32,152 nt of DNA, taken from positions 1 through 32,152 of the forward strand of contig JBHLRS010000033.1 of the NCBI GenBank assembly GCA_048882325.1, read 5' to 3'. Each line of letters opens with the position of its first letter. The first letter of the stretch is position 1. Under the pieces are notes generated by a model. The model was given only the letters and a program-made list of their open reading frames with translations, was not told the origin of the DNA and ran no database searches. The stretch comes from Candidatus Thorarchaeota archaeon (GTDB taxonomy: Archaea; Asgardarchaeota; Thorarchaeia; Thorarchaeales; Thorarchaeaceae). Made by a program: the position numbers and the translations under genes. Shown here in pieces: positions 17,588 through 26,937 of the stretch.

Positions 17588-18169
17588 GTGGTTAGATTGG
17601 GATTTTCAGATACGGAGTCAGAGCGGAATCAGAATAATCAAACTACATCCGATAGGGCAATTCTGATTACAGTTCTGATGATACTGATTGCTATTTTCTC
17701 TCCGTTTGCCACATCAGGATACTCTGGACCCGGGTTCTATCTCGTGATTACTTCGCCAACCTGGATGCTATACATAGAAGGAGGATATGGTGTCCACTTC
17801 GAATTTCTAAATCCTTATGTACTATTTTACATGATGCCTTTTCTATTAATTCGAGTTGGTCCGATATATCTGATAACTCGATATTATCAAGGACGAACAA
17901 CAATCGGAAGAGCCAGAGCAGGTGCTCTCCTCAGTGACGCTCCTATTCTTGTCCTGTACTCCTTTGTCGTAGTAATAGGTGGCATCTTTGGCGGAATTGG
18001 ACTCAATTTCCCGATACCCACAGTGATGATTGTAGGTCTTTTTCTCTTGTGGAGATTCCCTCGACATGAACCGACGGTTCCTTGGGAAGGAATGACTGAC
18101 CCAATACCATGGTGGGAGGAGGAGAAACCAGAAACTCAACTAGAACCTTCGGCTGACAATCAACCTTAG
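17588..18169 (+). CDS. Hypothetical multi-pass membrane protein
   Basis: 193 aa, 4-5 TM segments, FPIP...PW C-terminus; ggtga RBS-like sequence upstream. Confidence 0.8.
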   Translation: MVRLGFSDTESERNQNNQTTSDRAILITVLMILIAIFSPFATSGYSGPGFYLVITSPTWMLYIEGGYGVHFEFLNPYVLFYMMPFLLIRVGPIYLITRYYQGRTTIGRARAGALLSDAPILVLYSFVVVIGGIFGGIGLNFPIPTVMIVGLFLLWRFPRHEPTVPWEGMTDPIPWWEEEKPETQLEPSADNQP

Positions 18170-18175
18170 GAGAGT

Positions 18176-18610
18176 TTAGGCTAGCTGTTGACTAGCTTCC
18201 TCATTGGCTTCTGCAAGCTGCTCAAAGGAGTATGCAACCTCGCTCAAGAAATCGAGTTTTCTAGATGCTTGGTCATAAAATGCAAACAGTGTCTTTTCTA
18301 TCTCTCCAGCAATCTCCTGCAAGATTCCATCATCAGGATTCTTTGGAATCATGGTATTGGGTTGATAGGTATCTGAGTCAAGTCCAGTTATTGGCTCAAG
18401 AATCATCTCGGTCACATTCTCACGCCGGATTCGTTCAACAGTCTTTACTCGTTTCTGTCCTCTGTTGGCCAACCTTTCAAACAAGTCTGTCAGCATTTTG
18501 CCTTTGGTCAACTCTTTCGCATTTTCATAGAATCTCGCCACATCATTTTCTACTTCAAGTGCAAACTTCATTATCGCACCGAAAGTTCCGAGATCCATCC
18601 GATCACTCAC
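18176..18610 (-). CDS. Ferritin-like / rubrerythrin-family protein
   Basis: FALEVE....FY...LFERLA and EIE....FY helix pairs; the usual ExxH histidines are missing. Confidence 0.72.
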   Translation of the reverse strand: MSDRMDLGTFGAIMKFALEVENDVARFYENAKELTKGKMLTDLFERLANRGQKRVKTVERIRRENVTEMILEPITGLDSDTYQPNTMIPKNPDDGILQEIAGEIEKTLFAFYDQASRKLDFLSEVAYSFEQLAEANEEASQQLA

Positions 18611-18617
18611 ACCCCAA

Positions 18618-20078
18618 CTAGAACCAACGAGTTATGACTACTTTATTCTCGGTGAAGAAATCAACTGCATCTTTGCCTTGTCCATGAAGGTCTCCGAAGA
18701 ATGAGTCATTCATTCCTGAGAATGGGAATGTTGCTATGGGTGCTACGACTCCTATGTTGATACCGATGTTTCCAGCCTTCACCCTGTATTGATAGTCCCT
18801 AGCAGTCTTTCCACTTGAAGTGAATATTGAAGATGCATTTCCATAGGGATTTGCATGAATTATGTCAATAGCCTCATCAAGGCTCTTCACTTGAATAATC
18901 GGGATGACCGGTCCGAAGATCTCTTCTTTGGCGATGGTCATCTCCGGTGTCACCCTGTCGAAGATGGTAGGTCCAATGTAGTACCCTTTAGGATGCCCTG
19001 TCACCTCTATTCCACGACCGTCTAGGATGAGTTCCGCACCTTCCTTTACTCCCTTCTCTATATATCCAAGAACATTCTCCATTCCCTTCTTCGAAGCCAA
19101 TGGACCCATCTGGACACCCTCCTCCAATCCATTACCTACACTGTACTTTTTGGCAGCATCCAAAAGAGCTTCTTTGAGAGGTTCATAGATATCACCTACA
19201 GCTAGAAGGACGCCTCCGGCAAGACAACGCTGTCCCGCGCAACCATAGAACGATGTGATGAGTGCTGGAACGGTTCGTTCAAGATCCGCATCAGGCATTA
19301 TCGTTAGGAAGTTCTTGGCACCTGCCTGAACCTGAGCTCGCTTCCCAAATTCTCCGATTTTCTTATAGAGTAGTTTACCAACAAGTGTTGAACCTACAAA
19401 AGACATGCCCACCGTGTCAGGGCTCTCAATGAGTGCATTGACTGCCTCAGCTCCACCGTGTACCATGTTCAAAACTCCCCTTGGAAGACCAAGTCCATGG
19501 ATGATTTCGAACTGCCTGACCTGACTCAAAGGTACTTGCTCAGATGGTTTGACGATGTATGTGTTTCCAACCCCAATCGCAAACGGCCAGAACCATGTCG
19601 GAACCATACCTGGAAAGTTGAATGGTGCCACACAGAAGAAAACACCGAGAGGTTGCTTAATGACCATCTCATCTATTCCTGCAGCAATGTCTTCTGTGTT
19701 ATAGCCCATTTGGAGGGATGGGATGCTCGTAGCACACTCTATATTCTCGATTGTTCGACGATACTCTCCTCGCGCTTCATCAATGGCCTTTCCTTGTTCC
19801 GTTGTTAGAATTTTTGAGAGCTCTTCGAAGTTTTCCTCAAACGCATCTCTGATTCTATTTAGATGTCTGACCCTCGTGAAAACAGGTGTTGCTCTCCAAC
19901 GATCGAATGCCGCTTTTGCAGCTGCAATTGCCTCAAGAGCTTCCTCTCTTGTACTCATTGGGGTCTTAGCTATTAGCTCACCAGTGGCTGGATTAAACAC
20001 ATCACGTGTTTCCTTTGCCTTAGATTCCACCCACTTTCCATTGATGTAGTTCTTTACAACTTCTACCAAGACGGTCAC
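18618..20078 (-). CDS. mmsA: CoA-acylating (methyl)malonate-semialdehyde dehydrogenase
   Basis: PFNFP, KPSE, SFVGST, AKN, GCAGQRCLA, EEIFGP, SFFGDLHGQG. Confidence 0.92.
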   Translation of the reverse strand: MTVLVEVVKNYINGKWVESKAKETRDVFNPATGELIAKTPMSTREEALEAIAAAKAAFDRWRATPVFTRVRHLNRIRDAFEENFEELSKILTTEQGKAIDEARGEYRRTIENIECATSIPSLQMGYNTEDIAAGIDEMVIKQPLGVFFCVAPFNFPGMVPTWFWPFAIGVGNTYIVKPSEQVPLSQVRQFEIIHGLGLPRGVLNMVHGGAEAVNALIESPDTVGMSFVGSTLVGKLLYKKIGEFGKRAQVQAGAKNFLTIMPDADLERTVPALITSFYGCAGQRCLAGGVLLAVGDIYEPLKEALLDAAKKYSVGNGLEEGVQMGPLASKKGMENVLGYIEKGVKEGAELILDGRGIEVTGHPKGYYIGPTIFDRVTPEMTIAKEEIFGPVIPIIQVKSLDEAIDIIHANPYGNASSIFTSSGKTARDYQYRVKAGNIGINIGVVAPIATFPFSGMNDSFFGDLHGQGKDAVDFFTENKVVITRWF

Positions 20079-20132
20079 TTCCAGTTCGGAACTTAATAGT
20101 TCCTTTGATGTCTATTTGATTCTTGTGTACGC

Positions 20133-21347
20133 TCAGTTTGTATGCACGAACTCTATTGCATCATCTCTGCACACAACATAGCAGAGACCACACCCGTCAC
20201 ATTTCTCCGGGTTTATGACTGCGAATTCCTTTCTCATCTGAATCGCCAGATATCCTCCATCTGCACAAGCAACAACGCAGTCCTTGCAACCTGTACACTT
20301 GTCCTCAACAACACGAGCCACGAGTGGAGGTAGTTTACTCAGAGCTGTCCAAGTCGTGATTTTAGGCAATGCCTCTCCAACCATCGCTTCGAGTGTATCA
20401 TAGCCTTTTCTGGTCATGAACTTTTCAATTCCTTCATTCAGTCCCTTGATGATACTGAAGCCGTGCCACATTGCAGCAGTGCATATCTGAAGGGTTCGAG
20501 CTCCAACCATGAGATACTCTATTGCTGTGCTCCAGTTTCCGATACCGCCAATCCCGGATATTGGAATATCTGGAAAAGCTTTGGCTATCTGAGAAACGAA
20601 TCGGAGCCCGATTGGCTTAACCGCAGGTCCACAGAACCCGCCATATGTGCTAAGTTGCTCTTTCTTATCTACACCATAAGCAATAGGAAGTGGCGTTGCA
20701 GTTTCAATATCTATTCCAATAAGCGATTCCACTGTATTGATGGCAGATATTGCATCAGCTCCACCCCTGACAGCTGCCTCCGCGATAGGAACAATATCGG
20801 TAACATTTGGTGTTAGTTTCACAAGTATTGGGAGATCGGTTCCCTTCTTCGCTGCTTTGGTCACACGTTCTACCAAGGTGGGATCCTGACCAATGAATGC
20901 ACCCATATGTTTCTCAGGCGAACCATGAGGACACGAAACATTCAGTTCAATTGCATCTGCTCCGGTTTCAGACATTGTTTCTGCAAGCTTAGTCCAACCC
21001 TCTGGTTCTGGTCCACTCATCATACTTGCTACAAAGATGAAGTCGTCAGGAGCCTCTTTCTTTATCCTTGGAATCCATTCATCAGTCCAAGTCTTTAACG
21101 GTTCACGAGACAAGAGCTCAATATTGTTCATTCCAATTGGTCTACCATTCTTGCGAAGCACACCAAGCCTTGTTCTTGGATCTACTGTGGGCTCTTCTGT
21201 GACAGTCTTCATCACTGCTCCTCCCCATCCTAGTTTTGCGGCCCGAAGGATATGACGTGGATCCATCGTTGGGGGTGCAGAGGACAACATAAACGGGTTC
21301 TTGAAAGTGATACCCGCGAACTCGATTTCCAGTGATTTTGAGGCCAT
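20133..21347 (-). CDS. preA: Dihydropyrimidine dehydrogenase subunit PreA (FMN domain plus 2x[4Fe-4S])
   Basis: NPFMLSSAPPT, GWGGAVMKT, NNIELLS, LNVSCPHG, KLTPN, GPAVKPI; C-terminal CxxCxxCxxxC twice. Confidence 0.93.
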   Translation of the reverse strand: MASKSLEIEFAGITFKNPFMLSSAPPTMDPRHILRAAKLGWGGAVMKTVTEEPTVDPRTRLGVLRKNGRPIGMNNIELLSREPLKTWTDEWIPRIKKEAPDDFIFVASMMSGPEPEGWTKLAETMSETGADAIELNVSCPHGSPEKHMGAFIGQDPTLVERVTKAAKKGTDLPILVKLTPNVTDIVPIAEAAVRGGADAISAINTVESLIGIDIETATPLPIAYGVDKKEQLSTYGGFCGPAVKPIGLRFVSQIAKAFPDIPISGIGGIGNWSTAIEYLMVGARTLQICTAAMWHGFSIIKGLNEGIEKFMTRKGYDTLEAMVGEALPKITTWTALSKLPPLVARVVEDKCTGCKDCVVACADGGYLAIQMRKEFAVINPEKCDGCGLCYVVCRDDAIEFVHTN

Positions 21348-21370
21348 AGCAATCTTCCTCCAGCTTTACG

Positions 21371-21426
21371 GTAGTAATACTACGTCCCTAAAGGCCTTTA
21401 GGGAAGTGATTCTTTGCACCGGGTGC
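21371..21426. promoter_or_regulatory. Palindrome cluster in the divergent preA/aminotransferase intergenic region
   Basis: GTAGTA-A-TACTAC (21371-21383), perfect 20-bp TCCCTAAAGGCCTTTAGGGA (21385-21404), GCACC-G-GGTGC (21416-21426). Confidence 0.6.
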
Positions 21427-21436
21427 GAATTTAGAA

Positions 21437-22786
21437 GTGGTGATTTCAGTGAAAGAAGAACTAGTCCCTGAGGAACTTACAAGGAAATACACACAGAAGG
21501 AGGTCAATGAACTCGAGAAGAAATTCATGGCACCTGCTGTCGCTCATTATTATGAGAACCCGGTACTCTTTGTTGATGGAGAAGGTGCTGTTCTGAGAGA
21601 CGCTGATGGAAAGGAGTACATCGACCTTTTTGCTGGAATATGTACGACAATCACCGGATACAATCATCCGAAATATATTTCCACAATTCAGTGGCAGGCC
21701 GAGCGACTTGTATACACAAGCTCTCTCTATTCTACCATACCATATGCAGTGCTAGTAAAACAGCTTGCTGAGATTGCTCCAAAGGGACTGACATGTTCTT
21801 ACATTGTAAATAGTGGCTCAGAAGCAAATGAAGCCGCACTCACCATGGCCCGAAAGTACACAGGAAATCCATACATCATAGCCTGTCAACGAGGTTATCA
21901 TGGTAGAACAACACTTGCTCGGGAGCTCTCTACTGCTGGATGGAGAACTCTCCCTGAAGCACATCCATCTGGAGTTCGGTTCACTCCCTATGGATATTGC
22001 TATCGCTGTCCATTTGGCAAGACGCATCCTGACTGTGACTTGGAGTGTGCTCACTACCTGAGAGAAGTGATTCGCACTCAGACCAACAATGCAATCGCCG
22101 CGTTCATCGCTGAGCCCATTCAGGGTGTAGGCGGCATAGTACAACCGCCCTCTGAGTACTTCGAGGTTATGTATGAGATTGTCAAAGAGTATGGAGGAAT
22201 CTACATCTCAGATGAGGTTCAGACAGGTTTCGGACGAACTGGTGGAAAATGGTGGGGGATCCAGCAGGTAGGAGTGGAACCTGACATTATTACTATGGCA
22301 AAGGGGTTCGGCAGTGGAATTCCAATTGGTGGGTTCATTTCACGACCAGAGATAGCTGAGGACTACATGGTGACCGATGCATTTGCTACATTCGGAGGGA
22401 ATCCTCTATCATGTGCGGCTTCCGTAGCAGTAATCGAAATAATCAAGGAAGAGAACTACTTAGACAAGGCATCAAAGCTAGGTGGTAAACTAAAGAAGAA
22501 CCTGAAAGAACTCCAGCAACGCCATAAGATCATTGGAGAGGTTCGTGGTCAAGGACTAATGCTTGGAGTGGAACTTGTTCGCGACCAAGTCACGAAAGAA
22601 CCTGCTACTCAAGAAATCCTCACTGTCATGGAGGTCTGTAGAGAGAAAGGTCTACTAATTGGGAAAGGTGGTCTTGACAACAATGTACTGAGAATCCAAC
22701 CACCTCTTGCACTCACTGATGACCTAGTTGACCAAGCTACTGCCATCCTGGATGAGGCTTTTACCGAGGCTGAGAAGAATCTTTGA
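21437..22786 (+). CDS. Class III PLP aminotransferase, AGXT2-like, likely beta-alanine/beta-aminoisobutyrate transaminase
   Basis: NSGSEANE, YHGRT, AEPIQGVGG, DEVQTGFGRTG, PDIITMAKG, TFGGNP; substrate inferred from gene context. Confidence 0.88.
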   Translation: MVISVKEELVPEELTRKYTQKEVNELEKKFMAPAVAHYYENPVLFVDGEGAVLRDADGKEYIDLFAGICTTITGYNHPKYISTIQWQAERLVYTSSLYSTIPYAVLVKQLAEIAPKGLTCSYIVNSGSEANEAALTMARKYTGNPYIIACQRGYHGRTTLARELSTAGWRTLPEAHPSGVRFTPYGYCYRCPFGKTHPDCDLECAHYLREVIRTQTNNAIAAFIAEPIQGVGGIVQPPSEYFEVMYEIVKEYGGIYISDEVQTGFGRTGGKWWGIQQVGVEPDIITMAKGFGSGIPIGGFISRPEIAEDYMVTDAFATFGGNPLSCAASVAVIEIIKEENYLDKASKLGGKLKKNLKELQQRHKIIGEVRGQGLMLGVELVRDQVTKEPATQEILTVMEVCREKGLLIGKGGLDNNVLRIQPPLALTDDLVDQATAILDEAFTEAEKNL

Positions 22787-22794
22787 AACCCGCA

Positions 22795-23667
22795 TCAGAG
22801 TCTTGTGAGATCCCCATAGCTGTCTGGTCTACGGTCTCTGAAGAACTGCCAGACGTTTCGGACTTCCCTAATCATGTCAAGATCAACATCCCCGACGATT
22901 AGCTCTTCCTTATCACGAGATCCCTTTACGATTAACTGACCACGAGGGTCTGCAATATAGGAGCTGCCATAGAACGTTCCTGTCTTCCAGGGCTCTTCAC
23001 CCACCCTGTTTATAGCTGCCATGAAATACCCATTGGCGACAGCATGTGCTGGCTGTTCAATACTCCACAGATGTTCTGAGAGACCTGCGACAGTTGCTGA
23101 AGGATTGAAGACAATTTCTGCTCCGTTTAATCCAAGTGCTCTAGCGCCTTCAGGGAAGTGTCTATCATAGCAGATATAGACACCAATCTTCGCTACTGAC
23201 GTGTCGAAGACTGGATATCCAAGGTTTCCTGGTCTGAAATAGAACTTCTCCCAGAATCCGGGATCCAAATGAGGAATGTGCATCTTCCTGAACTTGCCCA
23301 ACAGTGTACCGTCTGAGTCAATTACTATTGCTGTGTTATAATAGACTCCCACCGACTCTTCCTCGTACATAGGAGCAATTAACACAAGTTTGTTGTCCTT
23401 TGCTAGTTTCTGCATACGCTCGGAAAGAGGTCCTGGAATTGGTTGAGCATATTTGTACCACTTCCTATCCTGTTCCGCACAGAAGTATGGTCCATAGAAC
23501 AGCTCTTGGAAACAGAGAATCTGTACCTCTTGCTGTCTTGCGATGGTTGCAAATCCTTCATGTTTCCGGATCATTTTCTCGATGTTCTCTTCGATGTCAG
23601 CTTCTTCAGAAACATCTCCTTCCCAAGTTGCCTGTACTAGACCTACACGAACATTTCTCAATGTCAT
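22795..23667 (-). CDS. Nitrilase-family beta-ureidopropionase (N-carbamoyl-beta-alanine amidohydrolase)
   Basis: Catalytic E-K-C in CFQELF, RKMHIPH, ICYDRHFPE; GFWEKFYF; adjacent to hydA; ATG at 23667 with ggag RBS preferred. Confidence 0.85.
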   Translation of the reverse strand: MTLRNVRVGLVQATWEGDVSEEADIEENIEKMIRKHEGFATIARQQEVQILCFQELFYGPYFCAEQDRKWYKYAQPIPGPLSERMQKLAKDNKLVLIAPMYEEESVGVYYNTAIVIDSDGTLLGKFRKMHIPHLDPGFWEKFYFRPGNLGYPVFDTSVAKIGVYICYDRHFPEGARALGLNGAEIVFNPSATVAGLSEHLWSIEQPAHAVANGYFMAAINRVGEEPWKTGTFYGSSYIADPRGQLIVKGSRDKEELIVGDVDLDMIREVRNVWQFFRDRRPDSYGDLTRL

Positions 23668-23769
23668 CTCTCCATTAACTTGAGGAACTGAACAATTATT
23701 CTCTTGTCTAATAGGCATTTCCCAAACCGATTTATGTTGTGATTTGCAATAGTTTGCGGAGGACTTACC

Positions 23770-25161
23770 ATGTCCGAACTAGATCTCATTGTCAAGAACG
23801 GTAGTGTTGTGACTGCAGCTGACACCTTCGAGGCTGATGTTGGAGTCAAGGATGAAAAGATTACGCTCCTCGGGTCAGATTTACGTCCAGGTTCTGACAC
23901 GAAGGTGGTCGATGCAAAGGGGAAGTACGTCTTTCCAGGCGGTATTGACGTCCACGTTCACTTTCAGCTCCCATTCTCGGGAACTGTTTCTGCTGATGAT
24001 TTCGAGAATGGTACGAAAGCCGCAGCATGCGGTGGAGTGACCACTGTTCTTGATTTTGCCATTCAAACAAAGGGTCATCCAATAATGGAGGCAGTGGAAG
24101 CACGTAGAGCAGAGGCAGATCCAAATGTCTGCATTGATTATGGGCTTCATGCAGCAATCACTGACTGGAACCCTCAGACGCAGGATGAGATAAAGAAAAT
24201 CATTGACTACGGAATTCCGACTTTCAAGATGTTCATGATCTACAAGAACGAAGGCTGGATGGCTGATGATGGCATGCTTTTCAGTGCCCTAGAGGAAACC
24301 GCGAAGCTCGGCGGACACATTGGTGTACATGCTGAAAGCGTCGACGTATTAGACATGCTTATTGAGAGATATGCTAAAGAGAAGGAGAAGTGGGGAGCAT
24401 ACGGACATTCCCTCTCGAGACCATGCTATACCGAAGAAGAGGCAATTGTCAGAGCGATCAAATGGGCAGAGGCTACTGGTGGAAAGCTCTACATCGTACA
24501 TATGTCAACAGGGGAGGGTGCCGATGCAGTCCTTGCTGCAAGGAAGAAAGGCGTTAATGTCTATGCTGAAACCTGTCCTCAATATTTACTGCTAGATGAT
24601 GAGGTGTTTAAGGGAGAGAATGGACATCTCTACGCTACATGTCCCCAAATCAAGAAACCACATGATAATGAACGTCTATGGAAGGGTCTTGCAAATGGTG
24701 AAATACAGATTGTTGCCACTGACACCTGTACATTCGATACCAAACAGAAGGCAGCCTGGAATGGCGATTTCAGGAAGATTCCTTTTGGAATGCCTGGTGT
24801 CGAAACCATGGTTCCACTCATGTACACTGAGGGCGTTGGAAAACGTGGTTTCACCGTGAACCATCTTGTGTCGCTGGTCAGTACCAACCCGGCAAAGCTG
24901 TTTGGAATGTATCCGGAAAAGGGAACAATTGCTGTTGGTAGTGATGCAGATCTTGTCGTCTTTGATCCAAAGAAGAAGGTCACAATAAAGTCTGAGAATC
25001 TTCAGACCAATTGTGACTGGAATCCATATGAGGGCTGGAAACTAGAAGGATATCCATCCACGACCATTTCGCGAGGTAAGATTGTAGCTGAGGATGGAAA
25101 ATTCGTAGGCGAAGTTGGTCGTGGTCGTTTTCTGAAACGAAAGCCCTATGGAACAATCTAA
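23770..25161 (+). CDS. hydA: Dihydropyrimidinase / D-hydantoinase
   Basis: PGGIDVHVH, GTKAAACGGVTT, FKMFM, HAE, HMS, ETCPQYL, IPFGMPGVE; ggagg RBS. Confidence 0.94.
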   Translation: MSELDLIVKNGSVVTAADTFEADVGVKDEKITLLGSDLRPGSDTKVVDAKGKYVFPGGIDVHVHFQLPFSGTVSADDFENGTKAAACGGVTTVLDFAIQTKGHPIMEAVEARRAEADPNVCIDYGLHAAITDWNPQTQDEIKKIIDYGIPTFKMFMIYKNEGWMADDGMLFSALEETAKLGGHIGVHAESVDVLDMLIERYAKEKEKWGAYGHSLSRPCYTEEEAIVRAIKWAEATGGKLYIVHMSTGEGADAVLAARKKGVNVYAETCPQYLLLDDEVFKGENGHLYATCPQIKKPHDNERLWKGLANGEIQIVATDTCTFDTKQKAAWNGDFRKIPFGMPGVETMVPLMYTEGVGKRGFTVNHLVSLVSTNPAKLFGMYPEKGTIAVGSDADLVVFDPKKKVTIKSENLQTNCDWNPYEGWKLEGYPSTTISRGKIVAEDGKFVGEVGRGRFLKRKPYGTI

Positions 25162-25208
25162 ACTGCTATCTCGTCAACCTCATAAGCCATCACCTATAAT
25201 CAAGAGCC

Positions 25209-26051
25209 ATGCGATTTCCCAACAACCGCGCGTACCACGTGATCTACGATGAATCATTGATGGATGCTGTCAAGTTTGCATCAGAGAACAACTGGACTAG
25301 CGTTGTTCCAGACATCGGAGTACCAGCTTTCTCACCTGATAGAATATCATCTGAGGAACGTTTACAATTACGAGAGGCATCACGCAACCTTTCCATTAGT
25401 TGGGGGTTTCATGCAGCCGGTGACAATGTCAGTCTTTTCTCAACATATCCTCCTATAAGAACGGGAATCATTCAATACTTCAAGCAGACTATCAACCTTG
25501 CTCGTGAAATCAGTACTGGACCGACGAATGTTGTAATCCATGCAGGGGCACCTCCAAAGTTCAAAAAAGCTAGAAATCAACCAAATAACTTCGGTGAGAT
25601 TCATAGAGAAATCTATGCCCAGACTTTCCGTGAGAATCTTACAGAACTTATCGAGCATGCTTTCCCTCACATTAAAATTGCCATCGAAAACACCGGATGG
25701 ACACCATTGATCCGCGATGTGGTCAGACAACTTCTCCCTACCGGGTTAAAGATATGCTTGGATATCCCAAAACTCTATGCTCCGGGATTCAAACTCATTG
25801 AAGAAGATTGGAATTTTATTCAGGAACACAAGGGCTTCATCGAAGTAGTCCATATTCACGACATCGACCCTAAGCTTGGTTCGCACCAGGTAGTAGGCGA
25901 GGGAGTAGTGGACTTTGAGCGATACTTGCGGTTTCTAAGTGAGCTACGATCAAAACCTCAGTATGTCTTCGAGGTTCGCCCTCGCGAAGCAGCCAACGAG
26001 AGTCTCACAAACGTTGGAAGGCTTTTAGAGATACTCAAACTGGACCTCTAG
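25209..26051 (+). CDS. Sugar phosphate isomerase/epimerase (AP endonuclease 2 TIM-barrel) family protein
   Basis: GFHA, VVIHAG, IAIEN, ICLD, VHIHD, H...GEG.VDF, VFE. Confidence 0.85.
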   Translation: MRFPNNRAYHVIYDESLMDAVKFASENNWTSVVPDIGVPAFSPDRISSEERLQLREASRNLSISWGFHAAGDNVSLFSTYPPIRTGIIQYFKQTINLAREISTGPTNVVIHAGAPPKFKKARNQPNNFGEIHREIYAQTFRENLTELIEHAFPHIKIAIENTGWTPLIRDVVRQLLPTGLKICLDIPKLYAPGFKLIEEDWNFIQEHKGFIEVVHIHDIDPKLGSHQVVGEGVVDFERYLRFLSELRSKPQYVFEVRPREAANESLTNVGRLLEILKLDL

Positions 26052-26151
26052 TTCAAACTACATTTGAGTGTAAAATATGATGTACAGGATTAGGGCTGCA
26101 ACAAACAGAATTATACCTGCTACGAATGCAATCAGTCTTCTTAATTCCAAA

Positions 26152-26925
26152 TCATTCTCTCTCCTGCTGTTTTAGTACGAGCGCATCTCGAATCTCTCGA
26201 AATGCATCTAATGTGTCACGATTGAAAATTCTCTTTCTCACTCTAGATCTTCCGTCTGTTGCCCTAGCTACAGGTGCTCTACCGAATCCTCGGAGCTCTC
26301 GTAGTATGAAGTCGCGCAACTCTTCATGAAACTTCACACCCTCTATGTTTTCCTCTGCTGCGCCGCCTCTCGTTAGCCTTTGAATGATTAATGCAATCAG
26401 GCCTCCTCCTTGCGTTGCTGCTGATTTGGCTGCAGTTTCAATCTGAATCGTACCAATACCAAACAGCCTATCAAATATGCCTCTTCTGGTTTTGACGTGA
26501 GTAATAGTTCGGAAAGGTACATGTCTTTGTGTAATCTGAATGATTCCTTTCTTCACATAAATTTCCGGGCTAACATCACCCTCCCAACTGGCCAGTGAGT
26601 AGTCTATACGTTTGACATAGATGAATGAATACACGATCCACAGTGCAAAGACAACTCCTGTTGCAAACCAATAATAGAAGTTGAATCTAATCCATCCAAT
26701 GGAAAACAGAATCTCAGTCCACAATGCTACCTCTATGATATCTGTGACGAAAACAGGGTCATTTGCAAATGCATAGAATACAAAAAAGGCTGACCAAAAG
26801 AGAACTAGGATAATGAGTACACGAAACCATTTCTTATAGAGAAATGCATTATCTGGATGGAACACTCTGCCGCTGACAACTGGTTCTATGGGCGGTTTAA
26901 CAATCCGCCCTTCTCCTTGAGCCAT
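26152..26925 (-). CDS. bPH_2 (bacterial PH)-like membrane protein, paralog 4
   Basis: Two TMs, then EIYVKKGII..TQRHVPFRTITHV...GIFDRLFGIGTIQIETA. Confidence 0.88.
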   Translation of the reverse strand: MAQGEGRIVKPPIEPVVSGRVFHPDNAFLYKKWFRVLIILVLFWSAFFVFYAFANDPVFVTDIIEVALWTEILFSIGWIRFNFYYWFATGVVFALWIVYSFIYVKRIDYSLASWEGDVSPEIYVKKGIIQITQRHVPFRTITHVKTRRGIFDRLFGIGTIQIETAAKSAATQGGGLIALIIQRLTRGGAAEENIEGVKFHEELRDFILRELRGFGRAPVARATDGRSRVRKRIFNRDTLDAFREIRDALVLKQQERE

Positions 26926-26937
26926 TAAGTATATTCC

